A DNA stretch of 64,000 nucleotides, taken from Phallusia mammillata. Its lineage: Eukaryota. Position 1 is the stretch's first letter. Each line of letters opens with the position of its first letter. Under the pieces are notes generated by a model. The model saw only the letters and a list, made by a program, of their open reading frames with translations. It ran no database searches and was not told the DNA's origin. Below are positions 38,264 through 62,593 of the stretch, piece after piece. The stretch spans positions 806,001-870,000 of the forward strand of contig OZ281500.1 of NCBI GenBank assembly GCA_965637545.1, in the 5' to 3' direction. Position numbers and translations under genes: made by a program.

Positions 38264-41004
38264 TATAAGTGATGAAACATTTAGCCCGCTCTACACTGAA
38301 CATGATATCCTGCTGACAATCAAATACACGTGTTAACTTTGTCGTGACGCAGACGCGAGCACGCTTTCTTCAAATTACTCGAGTTAGGCTGAATTCCTTC
38401 AAGGCTGAAGATGTGCTGGTAAAATCGACTAAAATGTTACGTTTTTTTTAAAATGACCCGGCAAGTAAAATGTTCCTCAACACTCCTGCATCTTCGTATA
38501 GTTTACATATATAAAGGCGGTCAGCATCCATAGGCAAGTCAGCAGAAAAAAGCATACATTAGGCTACTCGTTAAAAATCTAATGCGAACCCAGAGTGCAT
38601 TTTGCGGCAAACTGCTGCAATCGCAAGCGGCATTTCCCACTCGATACATTTTGTCTTGTATGAAAACATTGGGGGAGGGCGGGCAGGCGGTACGGATCAA
38701 CGCGACTTGTATTGTGACGTCGTACCGAAGCACAATGTGGTGAAATTTGAGCTGTTGGTTTGTACAAATAACTCAACCTTATGCGGCGATTAAACTGTTT
38801 AAAACAGGTTTTCTTTCATCTGTAATTTCTCACTATAGGTCAAGCGTTTAAGATGAGGTTTTAGTGACGTGCTAATGTAAACCTTGTGGAAGGGGTGGCT
38901 GACAGGATGACCACGAGGTCACCGCTGCCGCGCACGTACAATCTTTGTGTTACCACCTATCTTCGTTTGATGTAAGTGCAAATAAACTAAACTTGAAACT
39001 TGATAAAATCTGATTTTCTATCAGAAATCAATAAAGTTCTTGTTGCTACTTCGGATTTAAAATCAAACCTGTAAGCAACGTAGCGTGCCGTTGTTGAACG
39101 ACAATTGAACCTGCTGCTGCCTGATGCCTTTGTATTTCTGCCGTTGTGTCTGGTGGAACACACAACGTGTTTTTATTGCGCTTAGTTCGTTTTTACTGCT
39201 CGGAGTTTGTATTTTCAACAAAACCGCAAATTTGCGTTGTCAGATTCCTATGCGTGCTACTGGAACGAACTTTCCTGTGCTGTTGAATCTGTTGAACGTA
39301 AACTTGTCTCATTTTTCTGAATCCACTGACAATTGCAGATGTTTGTATCTATATATGACTCTTAATTAAGTGGGATTATGTATCTCCCAAATTATTTTTA
39401 AGCAGTCCTGCTGAGCAGAGCAAAACTGCACAAAGTCAATTTACTTTTCACTTTGCAAGTCTCTATTGGACTAACCCCAGGACATAATTTATCGACATAG
39501 ATCCGTTCCTTGTAGGCTCAGGCAGCAAAGTATACAAGGGCTACATTGTTTCTGCTTCACGCCATGACACCCTCAATGTTTTGATTGCCCCTAATCATAT
39601 TATGCGATGTTTTGTCGCAGCCGCCGACCTCTCAGTCCCTTCAAACAAACCAAGCACTCGTATAAATTGAATTAGTCTCATTGATGGATGCGACCTGTTG
39701 TATAGTCACGTGTCAGGAGCCAGCAAAGCCGCAGAGAGGTGAATAAATGGGGTTATGAAAGGGCTTATGTCAATGGATCGATTTCATGCGACTGGATGAA
39801 CTGTAATTTGATTTGTTCCAAGTCAAACAATGAAACTGTGGCGCATCCCACCTGCTCTATCAGGGTCGCTACCTCTACGTTCGAATCAACATTTTTTATC
39901 AACGACACAAAATTTTTCCCCTTGATCAAGGACCACTAAACTTTCTATACCACTCTAAAACTCCACATTTTGGGAAATTTTTCTGCGGTCGCGAACTAAA
40001 ACCTGACAACACTTTTTCCCTTTGTTTTCTCTTGCCTTGTAATTTGTATTTGTGACTGTTTACTCAATAAATTTAAGGAATTCTATTATATACAATATAA
40101 CGTAACATTGTTCTTGACTTCAAGTTGCATCTGCGAAACAACCACTCGACATGGGCAAAATGTGTTGGGGCGTTTGTATCTCGTCGCATATGAAAAGCGG
40201 AGACGGTACAAGAGGTGAAAATAAAACCTCACAAAGCCAAGGATATACTCGCTATTGTGCGGTCACATACGAACCCTCCCTACAGATGCTAGCTACAATA
40301 CACTGGTGATGTGGTTTGTTTCTCTTAGTCCCGATGCTTCCGTGATATGTACAGGTTTCGCCGGATTGAGATGTTTGTTTTGCTTCAAACTTTACACAAC
40401 TTCTCAAGGGAACCATTGGCATTTCACGTTTCTTGCTTTCAGCCGGTTTTTAAACTTTTTTCGCAAACTAATATAACTTGTAATGCAAGAGACCAGAGCA
40501 GTGTTTCCATTATTTTTTTTCATTATATTTGCCCCATCTAATCAAGCAGTAAATCTTAATTTTCAGTCTTGTAAGATATCTGTCTTATGAGGTGAACCTT
40601 TTGAAAAGTTAACTTCTGCTACCATCAATGTAGCTTATACTAACAACCAAAGAACATGACATTAATATAAGAAACATAACAGTCAAAGGAGTTATGATTT
40701 CAACTACCCCTCTTTCAAAAATCAAATTGTCCCTTACGGAATTACGTTGCACTAATAGGCTTTTAATGACGAATGTGTGCTTTCTACCTTCATTTCAAAG
40801 TCATTTTGAGACCGCATTTATCAGACTACGACGACGTAAATACCGGCACAAACAGCTTTACAACTAAGACACACGGTGCAGTGTCGTTTCTGATCTGGAA
40901 CATTGCTTGTGAGAGGCGAAAGGATCACATCTGCTGTGAAGTTTAAGGTCCTGTCCCGCTGATGTATGCGTCAGACAAAACGATTTAGTCCTGGGCAACG
41001 ATGT

Positions 41005-41348
41005 CAAAGTTGTGAGTCGGGCGCGGTTCGGGCTTGGGTCTCTTAAAAAATCGTCTTGATTCTGGCCTGACTTTACACTCTGTGGTAATGTTTGTAAATA
41101 TAAATTACCCAGCTAAGTAGCTAGTGGCTGGACTTTACCCTATAATGCCCAACCGCCCTAAAACGACTTGTAAAGGCAATTATCTAATATTGTTCATTGT
41201 CTATTTCTTTTTTATTATAGGCCCGCCAATCAAACTTTCGGGCTTATACGGGCTTCTTAAAAACGATTCGACCGGACCGGGCTTCGGGCTGATGCTTTCG
41301 GATCTCCGGCCGCGTCCGGGCTCGAATTTCGGTCTGTTTACGTCTCTG
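41005..41348. mobile_element. hAT-like MITE with CGGGC subterminal repeats
   Basis: Termini CAAAGTTGT...ACGTCTCTG, near-perfect TSD AACGATGT/AACCATGT; homologous along its length to 50096-50435. Confidence 0.8.
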
Positions 41349-42129
41349 AACCATGTGTTGTAGTGAACGCTTAGTTGAACTCGTTTTCTAGAATTGTATC
41401 AACTGGATTGACACGTGGTCAAATTGTGGCCTTCTCGTGATAAATAACGTGATTTGGTTTACCGTATAACGCAATTATCCACCTACTACGTTTCCCAAGC
41501 ATTTACATCATCGAGTTCGGGTACCTTCCGAAAATCCGTATATAACGTGCTCTGTAGCGCCAACAGTGTTGCTTTTCAAAACTTCATACGACCAAGGTGT
41601 CGCTAGCAAGCACGTTGTGGTCGATATCTGCTGTGCTTGCAGTTTCTCTTCGATTTATCGCTACCAGCTCAACTTACTAAAACTTTGTAGTCAATTTGTT
41701 TCGTCTTTTTGAAATCACTTTATTGCTTTCAAGAATCTTTTAAAAAAATGAATTTGTCACAGAGAGCAATGTTAAAAGTCCTTGAATCAAAGGTTGTCAA
41801 AGTTATGTTGCACAAAACGCAACTAGGAAAAAGTGGAAGAGGAATGAATTCGAAGCATTTACAATTTTGGCACTGCAGTGAAAAATTGAAATAAAATATG
41901 GCGGAAATGCGGAAAACACGGAACAACTAACGGCAGGACGTTCCAGTGGACAATAGGAAAACGTAGGACAGTGGCATATAAATTCAAACTATCCAGTTTT
42001 CTGAATCACTGACATATACTGGTACACAGTGCGTACGTCGTTGAGTTCCATCCTGCTCTTAAACCCCTGGAAGTCTCTCATGTAGCGGTTACCATGCACT
42101 CCTGACGCTGTAGTGACGTGTTGATTACG

Positions 42130-44729
42130 TCATATGGCGGTTGCGCTGCGTACCGATGAAGCGGATGAGCGATAAGAAGCGCGGTCATCCGTGACGGACG
42201 ACATCGCCGAGAAGTAGGAGTCAAGTCGTGGAGGTTGGCGCTGCTGGTGGAGGGAAAATCCTCTTCGGAGCCCGGGATGACGATGTCTGCGGATAAACTG
42301 AGCTCCGTCTGATGATGAGAAGTTGGGAGGACGTGATGTTGTGCTGTAGCGAGGCCCTGTGATGAAGATCAGTGAGTTAAACACTTGGCCAGTTCGGTAG
42401 TTGTTTTTCGTTTATCAGTTCCCCGTGCAGTTTAGTATAGGTAGGAATGTATGATAAACGGGATTTTGTTTCAGTTTCAAACATAGCAGTTTCCTAATGG
42501 TTTCACTAGACTGCTTTGCTGATTGTCGTTTATCGAGACCTAACTTTTTTGAAATATTTTTCAAAAAAATGTTTGCTGTCAAATCGTTAAAAAACACATT
42601 GGAAAACATTAAGAGTTCGGCAAACCATGAGCTATGAAAAGATCGTTTAGGTAATTTAAAATAGCTGCTTTCAAACCAACGAGAAATCGACGTTTTTTGC
42701 AGTTGGTCTGCGAATTGTGCTTAAAGAGACTTCACAGTTACGTTAACGCCTGTTTCCCACAAAAGCACGGTTAAGTATACAAATACCTGATGCAATGTTA
42801 TAACATCGATATTCTTATTCATAACTACCCTCGAATTTACGCGCAGCGTGTTCACTAAGGTTAATGTTTGTTTAGTCTCAAATAATGCAATTTTGGTTTT
42901 TAGGAAACCTGCATGTTTAGCCGACGACCCCCACCCTATTCGTGCACTCCCTAAATTCCACTTACACCACAGTGACGTAGCATCTGGTATGTCGTCATAC
43001 GAATATTCTGAATCGTTGTCAACGAAGTTCAGTTCCGTCCGCAGTTCCTTGATGGCGCTGTGGAGCTTGATCAGCTGAAGGAAAAGCGATTTGTCTTGTT
43101 CGCGCATTTCGTGCTGGAAAACACACAATAAAATCAAATTACCTTGTAACGGTTTGCTACAGCTTTGGCCACAACATTTCGTATTTTCGGGTTCATATTA
43201 TTTCCATCCCGTACCTATTTGTTTGGTGCTCTAACAATTTTAGCTCCAAAATAATTTACCGACTGCTACAAGCAATAAATCTTTAATTTCTTTTTCCCTA
43301 TGAGCTCTTAACAATGCTCGACGAAAAACAATGAAATGTGATTAATTTTTTAAAAAATCGAACAGTTTGATCGCAACATTCCATACATGTCCTTTCCTAC
43401 TGTCACATGTAAGCTCCCAAAAAGCGGTTTTAAAAGTCAACTGTAGTTTGTAGCTATCACATCTGCCAAATAATTTGCCGCCTTTACCACTACAAGCCAT
43501 TGTTGCTTTATTCTTCATTTGGTTTTCCCTCTAAACTCTTAAACAATCTTCTGCGAGTTGGCTTTCTATCATTGCAGAAACACATGCAAGAAAACAAAGG
43601 TTGTGTTGCTTACCAGTTCCAGCCTGATCCACTGTAAACCAGTAGCAACATCCACTTTAGCTGGGTCAACTTTCCTTAATTCAGCCAATCTACTTCTCGC
43701 CATACTTGTCATGAATGTCGCGTTTTCGTCGTCAATTGATGACGTTTTAACCAATCTTGACGTTTTTAGATCGTCTGTTCATGCAAAGCAAAGTGTTTTG
43801 GTAAAAAAGTGCACATCCTGTTAATGTTTTGTGTACTGCATTTGTGAAACTAATCACTCGAAAAATTAGCTTATAGTTGTGAATTGGAATTTATATAATT
43901 TTTTTATAACGATGATCAAATGACAAGATTCAGCAAATATTCAAAGCTTTTTTCCACCGAAGCTTTGAAAATCAGAAAATCACTGCCTTGAAACCTGGGC
44001 TTAACCTTACTGTAATTTGCCAGAAGAGCTCTATAAACTTGATATTATGCCTGACAGCAATAGCTTATACATTGGGACTTGTATGTTGTGCGAATTTGTT
44101 TTAACCATTTAAGTCACATCGTTTCAAGTAGTTCCAAGTATTTCACCTGTTTCACTGAGTATGTCAGGTGATCCGTCGTCACTCGGCAAACTATCGCCAT
44201 TCCCACTATCTGCGCTTGTATCAGTCAAACCCATCCCTTCAAGCAGTGGATACTGGCGCTTGAGCGTTCGGAAGAAGCCTGATCTCAATTGCTGAGTGGA
44301 GTTTAAAGATGGTTGACTGGAATCCACCGAACTCCGGTCGTCTTCCTGGATGGAGGAGAGGATCGAGTTGTCTGACATCCTCCTCTTCTCATGGTAGTTC
44401 GGCGGGATGTAGAAGGGAGTGCTCTGTTCCTCCGGAGGTTTAAACACGCTGTCGTTCTCCTGTGTACGTGAACTTAACGTCGTCTCCTGGGACGGCATTG
44501 TTCTTTTCGCTACTCCATGACTACACGTGTCCCTGCTTCTGCTCTCGATGTCGATCAAGAGTCCCGATGTCCGGATGTTCTGATTCGTTTTCTCCGTTGT
44601 GACGTCATGGTTGTCATAACGACCGGAGAGCTTGAACGGAGCGTCGACTTTGTCGGTTTGACATAGTGCCTTTGACAACAAGCCGCTGTTCCTGGAGGCG
44701 AAACGAGACGGTTTGTTTTGGTCCGACAT
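42130..44729 (-). CDS. FAM167/C20orf202 (DUF3259)-like coiled-coil protein, ~372 aa. Exons 44147-44729, 43614-43774, 42966-43113, 42130-42356
   Basis: Spliced motif GLQWIRLELHEMREQDKSLFLQLIKLHSAIKELRTE resembles the family signature L.WLR.EL.EM..QD..L...L..L; phases consistent, 1119 nt total. Confidence 0.75.
44016..44069 (+). repeat. 3' tail fragment of the hammerhead repeat family
   Basis: tttgccagaagagctctataaacttgatattatgcctgacagcaatagcttata. Confidence 0.85.
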
Positions 44730-47700
44730 ATTCGCTTATCGCTGCTGTATGTGCTTTATTTGTTGCTGCAATGCTTGTTAAATGTGCAACAATAACAATG
44801 CTTAAATGCACCTGTAACAGACAAAAAATACTAAAAGTCTTCACCATATTTTGAATTTTCCACGTCACATTTCTAACATAGCAGTTTTGTCTAACACCAC
44901 TTATAATTCTCAGCCATGCAGTATCGCCTCTCTATAGCTGGACAAACAACTTTAAATCTGTAAGATCACCTTACAATGCACATTTTGTTCTTTCACCACA
45001 GGAATTCACAGTTTACGTTTTCGCATTAAATCGTGACAAACGTTTACACTGCAGCATGTATTGGGTCAGACCTGGAACCTGCTCTGATGTGAGGCCACTT
45101 TGTCCCGCGCACACACGAATGATTAGTGTACTAAACAAACTCTGCCTCAAGCGGCTCGACAGCCGTGTATGGTTTGCAGATGACGTCACACACTCAATCT
45201 GTGACGTTGTGTTTCTACAACAAACATCTGATGTCACTCTGTCTGGTTATCAATGCGAATTTTGTAAATCACATCTGTCGCTTGCCTGCTTCTAACAAAC
45301 ACATATATCGACTATGTACATATAGTTTAATTTCTTCTTTGTTCTTTTAATTCACTTGCTAAGGTACAAAGTCGTATACTCTTCATGTTGTGAACAATAT
45401 ACATGCCTCGAACTTGTTTGTTGATGCCCAACTCAACAATGTTAGTGTGGTGTTTCGTTCACCCAACACTTTTATAGCAAGGCTGCATTATTTTAATGCA
45501 TTTCTCCTAACCACAAGTTCTCCCTTAGAATATATCTGTCAGCAGATTTCACTGTTCTCAACAGTTTATGCTGATCATAAAGTTTGGAACGAAACATGCA
45601 GTTTTAACGTCAGACCACGCCTACAATCTGAAGCATCAAACTTTTGTTCATCCTGAACTGATTTTTTCAGTTCCCAAGAGTAAACATGAACGACGTTTTA
45701 GCGATTTATGCCGCGTTATATTGACCTACAAGTTCATTACTGTCAGCAAACCCACGTTGGGGACTCGTAAGCATTGGAGTTGAAACTGAAGTGCTCTCGA
45801 CCCCGGCAAGCCGACGATTGTGTGTCTGAAACGCCAACGCATTTCGCAACGAAACAACACGTAACTACTGGCTAACTTCAACGACTTATCTGATGTGAAA
45901 CCGCCACTTGCTGTTGCATGTTTCCCGATCAGCATGCAATGTTGCTTCAGGCTCATCTTAGCCAGTCAGTTTATCGATAACATCACAAGTTAAGCAAGTT
46001 TGGGGATTGGCGTGAAAGCAATAATTACGTGATAACAGTTTGACTCACGACGAAGTATTTTGCGCTTCTGCTAAAACCCGATTTGAGCTCAACTACTGTA
46101 AGTTTTTTTGCAAAGGTATTCACCTTAGCTATTTTAACCAGTTATTTATCCCAGAACAATTCAATAACGTAAATGTTGCTGTGTTTATAATAAACACACA
46201 ACAAACAGGAAATTACAGGAACCAACACAAAACTTGCGCTTAAAATACAACGTAATCTATCTCCCTTCAGCGAAGAATTTTTGTCATGCTTATGCTTATA
46301 TTTTGCCACCCTACCTTTAACTTTACCCAACCGTGAAAGATCATTAAAAGGTTTTAGAGGATTGGTGAGGAATTTAAAGTGCCATGAGCTTAGGGTCGGC
46401 CACATCTCACTGACAATAACTGTCCGAAGCACGAAGCATGTTTATGTAGCATCACTTTCATCTATTCAACCATTTGGGTCTTGACAACCATGGCAACGAG
46501 TTTCGACTGTGACTAAATTTATTGAAATATTATATTCTTCTGATCTGCCGCACTAACATAAAGGTTAACTTAGTTTAAAAATAGTATCTCTGCCCCAAAT
46601 ATGTTTTCCGCTTTGAACTACTTTGTGATAAGTTAACGGTGTCTAAGAGAATCGCTGTAATGTAGTAGTATCAACTATCAACACTAGCTTACAGATTGTA
46701 AAATGTGGCTCAATTATTTTCGCATCTATTTGTTATGCCGATTTACCCACTGTTACTTTGATGTCTATATTTCAAACCGCAATGGAACCACTTAATTTTG
46801 TCAGTTCTTCAACTGAGCCTGGTCGTAGAAACATCTTCCTTTTGTATCATCAGGCTGTAAACGTCGCCTCCCGTTGCTTATGCATTCAGCAACAATATAT
46901 CAGCAACCTTTATCAACACATACCGACTAAACCTTGCTGCCACCTCTATTGTCGTCCAACCACTTGGAACTTGTGTGCCACATAAATAACTTTGCACTTT
47001 CTTTGGAGCGAAGAACTTTCACCCCGGTACAAAACAGGTTTCTACACACGTTTGTCGGACCACTGCATCTCAATAAAGTTCCCACACATAATTAAAATAC
47101 TGCACTGCCAACTGTTCGAGCTGGAACAATTGAATGCCCAAGTTATGAATGTTACGCGTCAAATAGTTCTGTTCGAGAATGTCACATTAAACAATTTTAT
47201 GCCAAACCAACAGGTAGAAATACATTATTCTGTGATGTGATTTGAACGCTTGACCTTATGCATTTAGTTGCCCGTCAGGTAACTGTTTACACTCTACTGC
47301 TTAAATGATTTTTAAATCGCTGATTTGTTTCAGGTAACCATTGCATGTATACGCCATGACAAAACTTTTCCTTCGTTTCCAGTAAGGATCGTGAGTTTTA
47401 CAACGTTGTCCTGTGACTCGTTCAATGAAATTTATTCACAAAGAATTGAATGGAAACCGACCTGGTAGCGTTTGGTTGTTGGAGACGCGAATTAAGGCTT
47501 TGCCCTCCCATAGTCACTCGATAAACAGTGGAACAATAACTGGGGAGAGGCGGGTAAACATCACTGCGCTGGCTCGAGTGTTTGCGCCGGGATACGGGTT
47601 GTGTAATTGTTTTCATAATCTTCCCCTCAGCCCTCATTCCACACCACAGTACCAGTGTGACGTCACAAACTGACTTGTCTCGTCACAAGAGATGGTGGTC

Positions 47701-47900
47701 ATGGAAGTCGAAGTGACAATTCAATATCTGTTAGTCAGCTGGCAGCAAAAAGCATTTTTTTTAAATGCCTTTGGAAACAAAAAGCAAGGGACATAGAGTT
47801 TAAGGTAACATTGGGAACTACGGTTTTTATCCACGTTTGTGTTTTTGCGCCTTGCTGAGAACTACTGTGTTGCGTAGGTGACATTACACCCTGTTGAAGG

Positions 47901-48008
47901 CAGAAATTTGGCCGAATGGCCTGGTGCGCCTGACTCGTATACACAAACATAAAAAGCCTTAATCAGGATTTATCCTCGGGAGTGTCCTGGGTTCGAACCC
48001 CGTGAAAA
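47901..48008 (+). mobile_element. tRNA-Leu-like Pol III head (SINE head or tRNA pseudogene)
   Basis: A box TGGCCGAATGG (47909-47919) followed by CCTGGTGCGCCTGACTC, resembling tRNA-Leu TGGCCGAGTGGTCTAAGGCGCCAGACTC; B box GGTTCGAACCC (47990-48000); no acceptor stem. Confidence 0.6.
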
Positions 48009-50095
48009 AATATACCTGGATAAAAAATATAAGTATAGGACGTATAGGATGTCGAAACGTCGGATGACAAAAAAGTTTGTAGGTTTTCAATTCATTTTTT
48101 ACAGTTAAACTGTCGGCTCAGCAAAGCAGCTGCACCATTAAAGCGCTGACAGTAGGTTTTGCGACCAAAGGTCACGGAAGTTCGAATCGCTTGGTTTGAT
48201 TTCGTTGCATTCAGCAAATCCTACAGGTCACGTGACACCCAAAGTCTGCAGTTGGTCGCATCATCAAAGCTTGCTACGAAATCCACAATTGTTGATGATG
48301 TTTACGTGCGTTCCCATGACGCGACAATGCCGAGTCAGCATGTGCAGCATGACGCAGCAATTTAGAACGACCAGAAGAAGTTTAATTCACTAACGCTAAA
48401 CAATTAATAAGCAACTTGCCTTTCCGCTGAGCCACTCATTTCTTCTTCTTTTCTACTAACAACACAACAGGGTACAAGTCCAATACAAGGACAATTATTT
48501 TCTGTCTTTCATGTAAAAAAAATTTCTTGCTCATAAAGAAATCGCTCTGCTACCCTTCTACCAAAATGTCGGTACATTTTACGAACTTTTCAGGACATTT
48601 AAACGAGACCCTGTCTCGTGAACGTTTCGGGTTTAACTTTTAACCCCAAACAATTGCGTGTCAGAAAAAATCAGCGACATCTGAACGTGTAATTTAAATC
48701 TATAACAGTGTTCAACCAAGCGTGTAATAATTTCCTCTTTGCTATTGTTCGTTTCCAATTTGGGCAAACAACAGGTTTCGGAGTGACGTACTTATCGATT
48801 ATGTCGCACGTCTTGTGGTGAATGTGACTGTGCACGACGCAGCCAACGTATTGCGTAGAATTGGTTTTTAAAAATCAGCTAACTTGCTCATGTCAAAAAA
48901 ATATTAAATTGAAGTCCACCCAAAGTATAATAAAACTTTTCATGCCATATTTTGCCTAAGACATCGTGTTTCAAAACATTTTAAGGTCAGACTATTTTAG
49001 CCCCGTATAATTCTTGGCTGATTTAATGACAACTTACAATAAAAAAATAAAAAAACAAAACAATTACTTTATTTTGCGATCTTGCAAAAACTTTTAACGA
49101 GCTCGTGTGGGTCCGTGATCTCGTGTTTATAACTTGGTTGAGTTGTCTTAAATTTCTTCACAAGTCTACCCCTGAAAACCCACAGACACGTCACAATTTT
49201 ATCGAGAATAGAAATGGTGTTTGTTTTTCCGAATTAGAACAGAGCACAATAGCGCGATCGCGTAATGACGCCATGTTTAGCTTTTTAGACCGTCTGCCAC
49301 TTAACATATTCAGCTGCGGGTAAAAAGGGAAACTCAGTCTATTCTCCTATTCCTGTTTTGGCAATCAAGCATCTCGACATCTTAGTTAGCTCTTAAACCC
49401 ATCTGCAGTCATCAGTAGATGTACCTTCTTACGTAAGCTGTACCATACATAAAGCCACGTGTAATCAATGGTGTTTCCGCTTTGGTGTCAATAACCTGGC
49501 AATCAATGGTTAAAAATCCTGACACTTTGCTTATCGATCAAAACCGGTAACAAAAATAGAAAACAGCAGCTGGAATTTGCTTCTCGCGTTGCTTGCAACA
49601 ACCTCACTCGATATAAACAAGCCGATCAATCTGGCTTTTTAAGCTTCGTCCTGTTCATGTAACGAGGTGCTAGACCTTGTTTCGGGTTCAGCTCATGTGA
49701 ACGAGGTAGCTTTTCATCGTCAACACGGATCGCTTTCTCCCGCGCCTTCGAGGACCACAAGCGTAAAGTGCTTTGCGCGAGCGATCGCTCAAAACAATTG
49801 AAATATTTGTGGATATTAGCTCCCCGACTTATTACCTCACGACACTTGTAACTTCACACCTGGACGATGTTCCTATTGTTTGTGGCAACGAGAGTTTTTA
49901 AGTACTTCGTGTAAAATGCTGTCGTTAATAGGCGAAGTTTCGTGTAAGTCTTATATAAGGGTTAAAAGGGGCGACACAAATATAATAAGCTTATGATATT
50001 GGTTGGAGGTCTGAAATCAGTACGCTTTTTAAATGTTTACAGATAAAATACATTAATATCGCATACCCCTAACTTTCGAGGAACATCTCATACAC

Positions 50096-50435
50096 CAAAG
50101 TTGTAGGCCGGGTGCTGGGGTTTTGGTTTCTCAAAAAACGGCCTTGAAGCCTGACACTCTGTGTCAGTGTTTTTTAAATAAATTTAACTGGATAAGTAGC
50201 CAGTTGCTGGACCTGACCTTATGCCAAACAGCCCTAAACCGCCTTGTACAAGACCAAATCTATTGTGTTTGTTGTCTTGGACCTTCCGGAGGCTTCAACG
50301 TATAGGCTTGTCAATCAAACTTTCGGGCCTAAACGGGCTTCTCAAAAACGATTTGGGTTCGGGCCGGGTTTCGGGCTTGTAATTTCGGGTTGGGGCTCCA
50401 GTTTCGGGCCCAATGAGGTCCCGTGTACAACTCTG
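50096..50435. mobile_element. hAT-like MITE, second copy of the 41005-41348 family
   Basis: TIR CAAAGTTGTA...TACAACTCTG; shares caatcaaactttcgggc...aaaaacgatt and TTCGGGC repeats. Confidence 0.8.
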
Positions 50436-50957
50436 ATCAGCACATATCCCCACAAGCCGGATGTAACATATGCTACTGAGTTAAGGCCATGAAAAAACTG
50501 TCATAGTGCTTGTAACATACTTAAGGAATAACAGCTACCTATGCAAAAAATATTTTATCAAGTGCTGTGCATTTCATGTTTTCATGAGATTTCTGAAAAA
50601 TGCGAACCACGATAGAGAAAAGTTTACAAAATAAAACGTGTGACGACAAAGAACAAGTTTGAGCCCACGACCACGTGGTACAGTGCAGTGGCAACCTTGA
50701 TTTGGTCACGTGATAAAAGCAGCGAATAAATGATATCGTCACAACCAGCTCATCAGAATCGTGGATTTACTTTAATTTAAAAACAGCTTCGTGTCAATAA
50801 AAATACAAAAGCTATCATTACTATTACACCTTAACCTTTAACAATGCATTAGGTTTGTGGGTTGCTGAATGTGAGTTTTTACAGGAAAAAGATGTACAAG
50901 TCGGTAACATTGCTTCATCACTGGAAGCAGCGCAAAGCTGTTTCTCCACCTTGAAGC

Positions 50958-61994
<11,037 letters not shown>

Positions 61995-62560
61995 GTTTGT
62001 TTGTTGCTTGTGCTGATGGCGACAGCGCCCTGCAAGCGAAATTTTCCTATTCCCAATTTCACTGAAACGACATCAACCCACAGGTGAATGATCCACCTAC
62101 CCGCTGTTATCGCAACATACTGTTTGATTCGACCGTCGCCTTCCCCGCTTCTGTCCGCCTTTCCCTTTTTTTTCTCGCTTCTAACAGTATTGCTTGAGCC
62201 ACTCGCCTAAGCCTTGGGAAGTCAATCTGTTAACCTTGTTTTCTAACAGTCTTATAAGCTTAAGGTTGGGCTTGATAAAACGTACATCACGCTGTATTGT
62301 ACATATGTTGTTTTTTGAAAAACATGCAACAAATAAGTGACAAATCGTATTTCGCTTTTTAGTTGGTAAAATTAAAAGCTTCTTTAAAACAAAGTCGCTA
62401 CCAAGTTTGCTTCCCAACATAATGGTTCACATCGCACATAAATTTACCGTTTTACATTTCTGTGTCAAAACTGTCGTTAAAAGCGAAACTTTCCACAGTT
62501 TAAAGCGTCACAAAAATGAGATCTTGACAAAGTTTGGAGCTAAAACTATTTCCCAGCGCC

Positions 62561-62593
62561 ACGAGATGCATCACAACGAGATGCATCACAACG
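62561..62593. repeat. 15-bp tandem duplication upstream of the K2P gene
   Basis: ACGAGATGCATCACA x2. Confidence 0.85.
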
